Assembly: GCA_043806315.1 (NCBI GenBank)
Contig: JAZDHF010000280.1
Coordinates: 2,972-66,971 of the forward strand
DNA length: 64,000 bases
Source of the DNA: Planctomycetota bacterium
GTDB lineage: Bacteria; Planctomycetota; Phycisphaerae; UBA1845
Direction of reading: 5' to 3'
Positions 42,588 to 52,262 of the stretch are shown one piece after another. Position 1 is the stretch's first letter; each line of letters starts with the position of its first letter. Both the position numbers and the translations under genes were made by a program. Under the pieces are notes generated by a model, which ran no database searches, was not told the origin of the DNA, and saw only the letters and a list, made by a program, of their open reading frames with translations.

Positions 42588-44087
42588 ATGAGCGATCTGC
42601 CCCTGCAGTTTGACGCCCCGGCGTGGCCTGCTTCCGTTGCTTCGGGCGACGCCGGTGCGGCGGATGCCACCCGCTGGCAGGAGTCGCTTCGACGCTTCTA
42701 TGGTCGGGTGCGGCACGGCGTCCGCGACCGGTGGCTCGACTACTATTACGTTCGGATCAAGCAGCGCCTCGCGGACATCATCCCGCCCGATAGCCGCGTG
42801 CTGGACGTCGGCTGCGGCACGGGCGACTTGCTGTCCTCGCTACGCCCCGCAGTCGGCGTGGGCGTCGATCTCAATGAGGCCATGGTCGAGGAGGCCCGGC
42901 GCTGCCACCCCCATCTACGCTTCCTGCCTATGCGCGGCGAGGACGTCCAGCAACTCAACGAACAGTTCGACTACGTCGTGCTTTGCCAAACCCTGGGCGA
43001 GATTTACGACTTGCTGGCTCTGTTCCGCGCGCTCCAATCGGTCTGTCATGCGCGGACTCGTCTGGTCGTCGTCCACTACAGTCGCGTGTGGCAGCCCGCC
43101 CTGCGATTGATGGAATGGCTCCATCTCAAGAGCCCGTCACCCGAGCAGAACTGGGTTCCGTCCGACGAAATCATCCATTTGCTGAGGCTTTCGGGCTTTG
43201 AAACAATACGCCTGTTCGGCATGACCATCGCCCCGCTTTACCTTCCCTGGATATCCGGGTTGCTGAACCGTTTTGTGGCGAACCTGCCGGGCGTGCATCA
43301 CTTCGGGCTCAACAGCGTGATCGTCGCAAGGTCCGTCGCTCCAACGACCATCGAGGCCGCTCGACCGCGCAGCGTCTCCATCGTGGTTCCGGCGCGCAAC
43401 GAAGCCGGTCACATCGCGCCGCTTCTGGCAAGGATTCCCCTCCTCGCACCGCGACAGGAGATTATCTTCGTCGAGGGCGGCAGCACGGATGCGACGTGGT
43501 GGGCGATCCAGAGAGCGGCACGCGAATACCACGGTCCTTTCACTATCAAGACTTTCCAGCAGAATGGCAAGGGAAAGGGCGACGCGGTTCGTCAAGGCTT
43601 CGAGGCCGCCACCGGAGATGTATTGATGATCCTCGACGCGGACATCAGTGTTCCGCCGGAGGAGTTACCTACGTTCTATGATGCCCTCGTTCGCGGCCAG
43701 GGTGAATTCATCAACGGTTCGCGGATGGTCTATCTCATGGACCGTAAGGCGATGCGTTTCCTGAACTTGCTCGCCAACAAAACCTTCGGATGGGCCTTCA
43801 CCTATCTCCTTTCCCAGAGGTTCCGGGATACATTGTGCGGGACGAAGGTTTTGACCAAAGCGAACTATGAGCGCATCGCGGCGAACCGCGCGCACTTCGG
43901 CGACTTTGATCCGTTTGGAGACTTCGACCTCCTCTTCGGTGCGTCCCGGGCGAACCTCAAAATCCTCGATATGCCTGTTCACTACAAAGCCCGCACCTAT
44001 GGTGAGACCAATATCTCCCGCTTTCGTCACGGGTGGATGCTTCTTCGGATGTGCTACGTCGCCGCCCGCAAGTTGAAGTTCGTGTGA
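42588..44087 (+). CDS. Fusion of class I SAM methyltransferase and GT2 glycosyltransferase
   Basis: VLDVGCGTGDL, then VSIVVPARNE...FVEGGSTD...ILDADIS (GT2 DxD). Confidence 0.75.
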   Translation: MSDLPLQFDAPAWPASVASGDAGAADATRWQESLRRFYGRVRHGVRDRWLDYYYVRIKQRLADIIPPDSRVLDVGCGTGDLLSSLRPAVGVGVDLNEAMVEEARRCHPHLRFLPMRGEDVQQLNEQFDYVVLCQTLGEIYDLLALFRALQSVCHARTRLVVVHYSRVWQPALRLMEWLHLKSPSPEQNWVPSDEIIHLLRLSGFETIRLFGMTIAPLYLPWISGLLNRFVANLPGVHHFGLNSVIVARSVAPTTIEAARPRSVSIVVPARNEAGHIAPLLARIPLLAPRQEIIFVEGGSTDATWWAIQRAAREYHGPFTIKTFQQNGKGKGDAVRQGFEAATGDVLMILDADISVPPEELPTFYDALVRGQGEFINGSRMVYLMDRKAMRFLNLLANKTFGWAFTYLLSQRFRDTLCGTKVLTKANYERIAANRAHFGDFDPFGDFDLLFGASRANLKILDMPVHYKARTYGETNISRFRHGWMLLRMCYVAARKLKFV

Positions 44088-44428
44088 CGCAGACCGTCGT
44101 CTAGGCGCCGCTTCATTCCGTGGCTCTACACGGCGGGCGAAAGGTCGGTTGCTCTCTTGACGGGGCGAAGTAATCCCGCGCCAAGACCTCCGACTCCTGC
44201 ACGGATCGACACTGGCGGAGCGCCATCGCGAAACCGGCTGCGCCGCCGGTTTCGTCCCCCCGCGATGACAGGTAGCGACCGCAAAAGACCGCGGGGGCGA
44301 ACCGCGGGCTATCGTGTATATCGGACGCTCCATTTGCCGGAATCAGTTGTCGAAGCCTCGAAAACGGGCATCTTCGCAGTGGAGTCGATTATCAGACCTT
44401 CTGGATTTTCCGATACCCCAATGAAGCG

Positions 44429-45121
44429 ATGGACCAGGCCGCAACAAAGCTTCGCAACCGGACGGTCGCCGAGCTGTTCGAGCGCGCCGCGGAGAGCTAC
44501 GACCGGTGGAGCAACCCGTACACGATGCGCCGCCGCGCGGCCTCGCTCGCTGCCCACGTCGTCGGACGAAGCGTCGAGATCGGCGGCGGCACGGGCGCCG
44601 TAACCGGGGAACTTCACGACCGCTCGCAAGCCATCCACTCGGACATTTCGCCTCAAATGTGCCGCGTTGCCATGACGAAGCTGGACTGCCCAAGTGTATG
44701 CTTCGACGCGGAGTCGATCCCGCTCGCCGGCGAGACGATCGACACGGCCGTCAGCGCGGAGATGATCTACTATCTGGAACGCCCCCAGTGCTTTCTCGCG
44801 GAAGCCCACCGCGTGCTGCGACCGGGCGGGCGACTGGTTCTATCGACCACCAACCGGGCACTGACGTTCCTCGATCGAGGCCGCACCTTCCTCAGAAGGC
44901 TTGGCTTCTCGCGGATGTTCTTCGACGACGGGTCGCCTCCATTCATGGCACTCGATCGCTTGACCGCGATGCTGGAGCAAACAGGCTTCACGATCGAGGA
45001 AGTGCGTTACATCGTCGTTCTTCCCTTCGCATGTCTCGATCGGCTGAACCGCCTGCTGGAGCGGACGTTCCTCCGCCGCTTCGGCCTGTTCATCGTGATC
45101 GTCGCAAAGAAGAACGCGTAA
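44429..45121 (+). CDS. Class I SAM-dependent methyltransferase
   Basis: VEIGGGTGAVTGEL motif I and LRPGGRLVLST. Confidence 0.75.
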   Translation: MDQAATKLRNRTVAELFERAAESYDRWSNPYTMRRRAASLAAHVVGRSVEIGGGTGAVTGELHDRSQAIHSDISPQMCRVAMTKLDCPSVCFDAESIPLAGETIDTAVSAEMIYYLERPQCFLAEAHRVLRPGGRLVLSTTNRALTFLDRGRTFLRRLGFSRMFFDDGSPPFMALDRLTAMLEQTGFTIEEVRYIVVLPFACLDRLNRLLERTFLRRFGLFIVIVAKKNA

Positions 45122-45294
45122 CGCCGCTCTTGGAAGCGCTACGCGATGCACGTCCGTTCTATGACGGTCCCGACTCTTCGAGAGTTAGAGCCTCCAACAG
45201 AACCGGGAGCGCGAGCGACCGGTCTTGGGTTCTTCGGCCCTCGGGGCTTGGCCCCGCGCTTGCGCTTGGGGTTCTGTCAGACGCTCTTCGTCGG

Positions 45295-46149
45295 TCAAAT
45301 GAGCGCGTTGAGGTTCCCGTTTTTCCGCGTTTTCTTCGCCTGGCAGTTGGGGCAAAAGAACGTCGATCGACCGGCAGCGAGGATGCGGCGGATGGGCGTT
45401 CGGCAAGTCCGACATGGTTTGCCCTCGCGTTGGTAGACGCGATGGAGCTTTTGGAACGAGCCTTCCCGACCGTCGGCGTCGCGATAGTCCATGATGGTGG
45501 AACCGTTGAGGCGGATGGCGCGGCGGAGGGTGGTCTTGATCGCACGCAGCAATCGGTCGGCCCGCTCTACGCTGAGAGTGTCAGCCCGTGTCAGCGGATG
45601 GATACCGGCCGCGTGGAGCGATTCGTCGCAGTAGATGTTGCCCAGTCCGGCGATGACGGCTTGGTCCATCAATAGGGCCTTGAGCTGCCGGCGGCGCTTC
45701 ATCGCCGCCCGAAACGCGGCCGCCGTCGTTTCCAATGGTTCGAGTCCCAACTCGCGGAGCACCTCGCCGCCATGCCGGCCGCTCTCCGTCAGACACCAGA
45801 TGCCGCCGAACCGCCTCGGATCGCAAAAACGCAGTTCCTGCGACGCATCCCGAATCGCAATCCGCAGGTGGGTGTGCTTCTCGACCGGCTGCTCGGTTGG
45901 ACACACGATCAGCCGTCCGGTCATGCCCAGCCGAAAGACCAATTCGACCCCGACGTCCAGGCCGAGAATCACCCGTTTCGCGCGACGGTAGACCCGCTCC
46001 ACGCAACGCCCGGGCAGCAGCTTGCCCAGCGGTCTCGGATCGCCGTGGACGATGTCCGTCCGTGTCAGCCGCACCCGTCCGAGCGTCCGCCCGGCGAGTT
46101 GCCGCTGCAACTGTCGCGCGATGGTTTCGGCCTCAGGCAGTTCCGGCAT
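45295..46149 (-). CDS. mutM: Formamidopyrimidine-DNA glycosylase
   Basis: MPELPEAETI N-terminus. C-terminal zinc finger CRTC...CPNC. Confidence 0.9.
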   Translation of the reverse strand: MPELPEAETIARQLQRQLAGRTLGRVRLTRTDIVHGDPRPLGKLLPGRCVERVYRRAKRVILGLDVGVELVFRLGMTGRLIVCPTEQPVEKHTHLRIAIRDASQELRFCDPRRFGGIWCLTESGRHGGEVLRELGLEPLETTAAAFRAAMKRRRQLKALLMDQAVIAGLGNIYCDESLHAAGIHPLTRADTLSVERADRLLRAIKTTLRRAIRLNGSTIMDYRDADGREGSFQKLHRVYQREGKPCRTCRTPIRRILAAGRSTFFCPNCQAKKTRKNGNLNALI

Positions 46150-46349
46150 TGCTGGGACTCTTCCCGCCGCCCAACTTGTTAAGCTGGGCGATCCACTAGC
46201 CGCCTTTCCCTCGAACCCGGCTTAGGGTACGCTGGGGCGAGTTTGGTGCGTGCCGGAGATGTTACTCTCGGACGCCGGGGGTCGACCAGTGACGCTCCCC
46301 GGCACGCCCCTCAACGGATGGTCATGATCCAAAGCAGGAGTTCGCATGC

Positions 46350-48284
46350 ATGTTGACCGAACGCAAAGCTGAGTCGTCCGGGCACCCCAGAGGGCTGGCG
46401 GCCCTGTTCTTTACCGAAATGTGGGAGCGCCTCGCGTTTTACCTCATGCTGGGCATTCTTCTGCTATACGCGATCGACACCGAGCGCGGCGGACTGGGAA
46501 TGTCGGTGGCCCACGGGACCGAAATCTACGGCACCTACATGGCCTTTGTGTATTTCACGCCGTTCCTAGGCGGGATGATCGCCGACCGCTATCTGGGGTA
46601 CCGGCGGGCGGTGTTGATCGGCGGGCTGCTCATGGCCAGCGGGTTTTTTTCCCTGGGCGTGCGGAGTCACACGACGTTTTTCGCGGGCCTGGTTCTGATT
46701 TGCCTGGGCAACGGGCTATTCAAACCGAACATCACGGCGATGGTTGGGAACCTTTACAAGCCGGGTGATCCGAAGCGCGACACGGGGTTCAACATATTTT
46801 ACATGGGCATCAACATTGGGGCTGCTCTGTCCGCACTCCTTTCCGCGCCGCTCAGGAATGAATGGAGCTACAACACGGCGTTTTGCGGCGCGGCCGTAGG
46901 GCTCCTGATCGGTGTGACCATCCTGAGCATCAATTGGAGAAAACTCGCGTCGGCGGACCGGCGACCGCAGATTGATCCGCGCGATGTCGGCCTTGGGAAA
47001 GTTGCTCTAACGATCTTGCTTCCTGCGGCGGTCTTCGGCGTTATTGGATATTATGTCGGCAAGAATGTAGAGAACATTCGCACCTCCATTGGACCGATCA
47101 CCTTCGCATTCCTAATGGGCATGGTTCCGATTCTGTTTTATTTCCTGACTCTGGTATTCCGCGCGTCTCCGGACGAAAAGCCGGGTTTGGCAGCTTTGAT
47201 TCCCGTATACATTGCGGGCGGGGCGTTTTTCATGATCCTGCACCTCAGCGGCGGGGTGATGACGCTGTTCACCGAAGATCGGGCCAACCGCCAGAGCGAA
47301 TGGGTCCCCGACGCGGTGGAGAAATACTACTGCCAAAAGGCGATGCCTTCGTACTTCGACAACGCCGACCCGACCTTGCCGCGACCGCCCGAAGAATCGC
47401 TCGTCGTCGTAGGCCCCCAGGTGGAGGCGATGTTCGGCGCGCGGCGCTTGAGCGAACCCGCGTTGATCGAGTTGCAACAAAAAAATCCGGATATAAAGGC
47501 GGTTGCGCCCGGCGAACCGGCTTTGAAGGATTGGAAGTTTCTCGCCACCGAGATTCATCCGGCGGACCAGGTCAAGGTGGAGACGGCGCGCGATGAGCAC
47601 GGAGTCGAGACCGTATCGGTGAAGGTTCCGGAAACCGCTAAGCCCCTGCGCGAAGTCCTCGTGGTTCGCGAAGAAGCCGGGCAGAAATACCCCGTGATTC
47701 TTGTTTCTGACAAAACGTACAAGCAAGTCTACCGGAAGGCTTCGGATGCTCGGCTTCCCAAGGGGAGTTTTTTAAGTCTGTTCAATGCCGAGCTCATCAC
47801 CAGCTTTCTGAACCCGCTCTTCGTGGTCCTTTTGACTCCGTTGGTGGTGGCCTTTTTCACGTGGCGGATCAGCATCGGCAAGCCCGTCAGCACGGCGCGG
47901 AAGATTCTCTACGGCATGCTCATCACTTTCGTTTCGCTGCTCTTTATGGCGGGGGCGGCGCGCTCCGGCGGCAACGGGGAGAGCAAGGTGACGCTCTGGT
48001 GGCTTGTAGTGTTCTATGTTGTGGTGACCATCGGTGAATTGTGCCTTTCCCCAATGGGACTCTCGCTGGTGACCAAGCTGGCGCCCAAGCGTTTGGTGGG
48101 GCTGATGCTGGGCGGGTGGTTCGTCTCGACGGCGGTGGGCAACAAGCTGTCGGGTTTCATCAGCGGGCTGGAGCCGACGGCCATGATGTTCGTCGTATTG
48201 AGCCTAGCCATGCTGGCCGTTGCGATGTTGATCCTGATCCTGCTGCCGATGCTGGACCGAGCCATCAAGCGTTACGGCGCATGA
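46350..48284 (+). CDS. POT/PTR2-family peptide:proton symporter
   Basis: FTEMWERLAFY (ExxER motif). Polytopic, with a large soluble insert at roughly 47300-47760. Confidence 0.85.
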   Translation: MLTERKAESSGHPRGLAALFFTEMWERLAFYLMLGILLLYAIDTERGGLGMSVAHGTEIYGTYMAFVYFTPFLGGMIADRYLGYRRAVLIGGLLMASGFFSLGVRSHTTFFAGLVLICLGNGLFKPNITAMVGNLYKPGDPKRDTGFNIFYMGINIGAALSALLSAPLRNEWSYNTAFCGAAVGLLIGVTILSINWRKLASADRRPQIDPRDVGLGKVALTILLPAAVFGVIGYYVGKNVENIRTSIGPITFAFLMGMVPILFYFLTLVFRASPDEKPGLAALIPVYIAGGAFFMILHLSGGVMTLFTEDRANRQSEWVPDAVEKYYCQKAMPSYFDNADPTLPRPPEESLVVVGPQVEAMFGARRLSEPALIELQQKNPDIKAVAPGEPALKDWKFLATEIHPADQVKVETARDEHGVETVSVKVPETAKPLREVLVVREEAGQKYPVILVSDKTYKQVYRKASDARLPKGSFLSLFNAELITSFLNPLFVVLLTPLVVAFFTWRISIGKPVSTARKILYGMLITFVSLLFMAGAARSGGNGESKVTLWWLVVFYVVVTIGELCLSPMGLSLVTKLAPKRLVGLMLGGWFVSTAVGNKLSGFISGLEPTAMMFVVLSLAMLAVAMLILILLPMLDRAIKRYGA

Positions 48285-48699
48285 GGTCCGTGAGAATGCC
48301 GGATGGCGAATTAGGAATGGCGACTGAACGCCTGCGCCCGAATATGGAGCGCACGAGTCGCCATTCGTCATCCGCTGTTGGTTAGGGTGCCGGCCGCCGT
48401 CTTCAAGCTGATCGCAATGATCGCCGTCGCGGCCGGAGTCCTGCTCGGTCTGCTTTCGCCGTTCCTTAAACGTATGATGCACGGGGTGAAGTAGGAAATC
48501 CGCAGAGCAGCCGTGGATCCTGCGCCTACTCTTGGTTCATCCGGGATTTCCGGGATGCGTGGGGGCTTTTCAGCCTGAAAGGCCGGTCGATCATAGCCGT
48601 GGGCAACGCCCACGGTTGTAGGCGACTCAAGAGGGTCGCGACAGGTCAAGTTCTCGCTCGCGGTATCGTTGCGCAGGTGAAAGGACCTGCGATCTCCAG

Positions 48700-50862
48700 C
48701 TACTCTCTGCTCGGCTTCGCCCGGCGGCAGTCCCAATAGGCGAACAACGCCAGACCGAAAAGGAAGACCAGTCCCAGCCAGTTGTTCGTCCGCGCAACCT
48801 GCTCCGCGTCGCTTCCCCGCGCGATCCACCGGGCGGCGAGGTCCAATCGCGGCATGATCTGGTTATCTTTAAACCAGGGCTTGTCCACGAATGCTATGAA
48901 CAGCTTGATGAGCACGTCCATGATGGCCGCCCCGGCGATCAAGCCCGAGGCCACCAGGACGCCCTTGTCAACGCGGGCCTTAGTCAACTTCTCATCCTTG
49001 CTTCCCCGCCCGACCAGCCAGGCGACGAATCCTCCCAGGAGGATCGAGCTGTTGATTTCCATCGGCAGGTACATTCCGAGGGCGAACGCCAACGGACTGA
49101 CGCCGAGCATCAACAGAATCACGGACACCGCCGCCCCCGTGCCGTAAAGCAACCAGGGCACTTGACCGGCTGTCCCCAGAAACCCCTGAATGGCGCTGGC
49201 CATCATGTTCGCTTGCGGGGCTGACAGAGGCTCATTGTGCTCCGGCGACTTGATGAATCCCTGGCTGCTGGCCAACAGCATAATCGTGGCCGTGACCGCC
49301 GCGGAGGCGAGCACGGACGCAACAATGGCACTCCACTGAATCCTCCGCGGAGTGGCTCCAAGCCAGTATCCCAACTTAAACTCGGTCACGAGCGTACCCG
49401 CCATCGAGAGGGCCGTGCATACCACGCCGCCCACCAGCAGCGTCGCCAGCATCCCGCGATCGCCCTTCTCCAACCCTGCGGACAGCAGCGCAACCGCCGT
49501 AATGATGATCGTGGTGACGGTCATTCCCGAGATGGGCGTCGTGGAGATGACCGCTATGGCCCAGGCGGACACGGTTGTGAACAAAAAAGTCACTCCGAGC
49601 GCCAGCAGCACCGCGATAATCGTCAGTCGCGTCGGATTGGGCATGTCGGCCAGGACCATGAAGCGGAAGTAGATCGCCATGGCCGCAGTTACGAGGATGC
49701 CCAGGAGCATCATCGTCGAATAGCTCATGTCCGAGTCCGTGCGGTCATGCGTCAGGTCGGCGCCTCGCGACTTGGAGAGCCCTCCCAGCGCCTGACTTAA
49801 CGCGGTGGCAATCACTTTGCTCATCTTCAGGATCGAGATGATGCCCGCCGCGAAAATACCGCCGATTCCTATGTTGCGGGGGATGTAGAAGAAAATCGAG
49901 CCCGCCTCCGCGTTCGTGAACTTGGGGTGGGGGTTCAGCATGTGCAGGGTGTTTAGGTCAAACTGTCCGAGGAGCGGAACGATCACGAACCACGACAGGA
50001 AGGAGCCGGCGCAGATGATGGCCGCATAGCGAATTCCGATGATGAATCCCAGCCCCAGGTAGTAGGCCCCGGTGCCCATGAAGAACACTGCCTTGACTTT
50101 GTGGGTGAGCTGCGAGAAGAAATCGGACTTAAACGCCAGCGTCTCGATGCTCCTGCTGACGCCTTCCTTGGTTGTCTCCAAAGCCGCCATCCCCGTCGTG
50201 AATATCTCCGTAAAGAGCTTCAGCGCTACCGAGACGAAGTTGTAGGCCATGGCCAGCAGGAACGAGTAGATCAGGACCCAAGCCTGCCCGCCGCCGCTGG
50301 AAGCTCCGGTGGCGAGAATCTCGTTAGTGGCCGTGCCCTCCGGAAACGGGAATTTACCGTGCATTTCCTTTACGAAGTAGCGGCGAAAGGGGATGAGCAT
50401 CAACACGCCAAGGAGGGCGCCAAGCAACGGCACAAAGAAAATCTGGAGAAAGAGAGCCGGGCCCGAGATGTTGAGCTTGGTGTGCAGCTCAAGCACGTAG
50501 ATTGCCGGCATGGTGAAGCACGTGCCGCCGGCGACGATGCCGGAGGTCGTGCTGATCGCCAGGATGTTGATGTTCTCAATGAGGGTGCTGCGCCGCAATC
50601 CGAATCGCAACAGGAGTCCGGAGAGTCCGACGGCCAGGATGGAAATGGGAATAGCCGTCTCAATCCCCTGGCCCGCTTTCAGGGCCAGGTACGTCGCCAC
50701 CACCGAGAAGATCAGGTTCATGACGACCCCGAAGACGATCGACCTGAAGGTGATCTCCGGCGCCGTCGCCCCGGGTGGCACCATAGGAACGTAGACCTCA
50801 CCGGGTTTGAGTTCGCGGTACGCGTTCTCGGGCAGTTTCGTTGCGATTTGTGGTTCAGCCAT
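48700..50862 (-). CDS. OPT-family oligopeptide transporter
   Basis: 720 aa. Polytopic. N-terminal YRELKPGEVYVP is typical of bacterial OPT proteins. Confidence 0.8.
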   Translation of the reverse strand: MAEPQIATKLPENAYRELKPGEVYVPMVPPGATAPEITFRSIVFGVVMNLIFSVVATYLALKAGQGIETAIPISILAVGLSGLLLRFGLRRSTLIENINILAISTTSGIVAGGTCFTMPAIYVLELHTKLNISGPALFLQIFFVPLLGALLGVLMLIPFRRYFVKEMHGKFPFPEGTATNEILATGASSGGGQAWVLIYSFLLAMAYNFVSVALKLFTEIFTTGMAALETTKEGVSRSIETLAFKSDFFSQLTHKVKAVFFMGTGAYYLGLGFIIGIRYAAIICAGSFLSWFVIVPLLGQFDLNTLHMLNPHPKFTNAEAGSIFFYIPRNIGIGGIFAAGIISILKMSKVIATALSQALGGLSKSRGADLTHDRTDSDMSYSTMMLLGILVTAAMAIYFRFMVLADMPNPTRLTIIAVLLALGVTFLFTTVSAWAIAVISTTPISGMTVTTIIITAVALLSAGLEKGDRGMLATLLVGGVVCTALSMAGTLVTEFKLGYWLGATPRRIQWSAIVASVLASAAVTATIMLLASSQGFIKSPEHNEPLSAPQANMMASAIQGFLGTAGQVPWLLYGTGAAVSVILLMLGVSPLAFALGMYLPMEINSSILLGGFVAWLVGRGSKDEKLTKARVDKGVLVASGLIAGAAIMDVLIKLFIAFVDKPWFKDNQIMPRLDLAARWIARGSDAEQVARTNNWLGLVFLFGLALFAYWDCRRAKPSRE

Positions 50863-50997
50863 GATTAACTCCTAGACTTCCTAACGGACGCAAGCGCCCG
50901 GGCACTTCGCCATGGCCCGGGCCGCGAGTTTGGCGAGCCAGCATACCGTATTCGCGGCGAACCGAAAGGGTGTAACGCCGCGGCCCGATTCCGGGGC

Positions 50998-51141
50998 AGG
51001 GCAATCGCATCTTAATGTGAAACGGCGTTTATCATGCTGATAATGCGGAGGCAAGCTGGCGGGATTAAGGATCCCGAACTGATCGAACCCACGTGCCAGC
51101 CGCGCCACGCGGGCTCCGGCGATTTAGATGCGATTGTCCTG
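50998..51141. mobile_element. MITE-like non-autonomous element, copy 2
   Basis: Same orientation as copy 1, with 2 substitutions. Flanked by direct repeat GATTCCGGGGC at 50987-50997 and 51142-51152. Lies 136 bp upstream of the OPT start. Confidence 0.75.
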
Positions 51142-51521
51142 GATTCCGGGGCGCATGCCCGGGTGGGCAAGCCGGTTAACCAGCGAATCGCGACACTTGG
51201 CCCTGCAAGAGCCGACCCAATCAAGGAAGCTTCGCCGAATTCCGCTCTTGCCGCCGGTTGCGGGTGACCGCCACCGGCCCGAAACCGTATGGGATATGAG
51301 GACCGACGAACGCCGCTGTCCGGGCGCCCGCTCCGGCGGAGACGTAGCACGGTCGGATAGCTGACCGCCGGCCATGACCTTAACAGGCTGCAACACGCGC
51401 CTCGGCCCACAGCGAGCCCTTCTGTTCGCCGCACATCGGCAGTCAAGCAGCTCGGTCACGCGACGCAAATTCGCAACAAATACACTGGCGCTTCAACGCC
51501 GCACGGCGAAACGCGTGCCGC

Positions 51522-51944
51522 CTACCTCGGCGCCGACGAATCTTTGGTTTTGAGGAGGTTGGCCAGAGCGGTCAGGTCAAACGGCTTCTCCAAACGCGCG
51601 GTGGTCTGAGACGTCCCACTACCGGTTGTGGGGCGGGTCGAGGTGCGGACGACGCAAGGGGTCGGATTCCGAATCCGCAAGTGGCGTTCGATCTGGTCGG
51701 CCCCGCCGTCGGGGAGGTCGTCGGAGAGGACGGCGGCGTCGATGAGCTGCTCATCCAAGAGGCGATCCGCCGCGGAGACCGAATCGGCGGCGAAGACCTG
51801 GAACCAGCGGCCCAAGTAGGTGACAAGGGACCATCGCAAGAGCGCCTCCGGCTCAACGATGAGAACCGTCCGGACGGGCGGTGCGGTCGCGACGGAGGTC
51901 CTCCGACCGTGTCTCTTAGACTTTGCGGTCGACATGGCGTTCAT
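51522..51944 (-). CDS. Single-domain receiver (response-regulator-like) protein
   Basis: 140 aa with a CheY-like pattern (VLIVEPE...AAVLSDDLPDG). The acidic pocket is atypical. Confidence 0.55.
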   Translation of the reverse strand: MNAMSTAKSKRHGRRTSVATAPPVRTVLIVEPEALLRWSLVTYLGRWFQVFAADSVSAADRLLDEQLIDAAVLSDDLPDGGADQIERHLRIRNPTPCVVRTSTRPTTGSGTSQTTARLEKPFDLTALANLLKTKDSSAPR

Positions 51945-52262
51945 CCTCCCGCGACTTCGTAGCAGATCGCGTGCCAGCCGAACCGGTAGATGTTGAAAAC
52001 GACCGCCTCACCGGGATCGGCGAGCGAGCCTTGCGAGGGGGCTTTTCTGGGCACGGACACAGGGAGTTCTATCGGACATGGAGTAAGGTAGCACGAGGAT
52101 TGCACTGCGGTTGCGGCGAAACGAGACGGGAGGCCCGCCGGGTGCGCGGCCCGTCCCAGAGTAGTGGGGACGGCATCGGTCTTTGCTTCGTTCGCCGGTG
52201 CGGGGGCGCGGTGGGTCGGGGGCTCAATGTCGTGGCACGTCAGGGGACTTTATAATGCCGCA

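Noticed and set aside
44506-45675. 389-aa plus-strand ORF overlapping the methyltransferase and mutM
   Set aside because: It is an alternative frame or antisense to two well-supported genes, with Arg/Pro/Gly-rich composition.
7149-51141. The idea that the two MITE copies delimit a 44-kb composite transposon
   Set aside because: Each copy has its own, different 11-bp target-site duplication. The interval also holds core genes (rho, mutM, secretion machinery).
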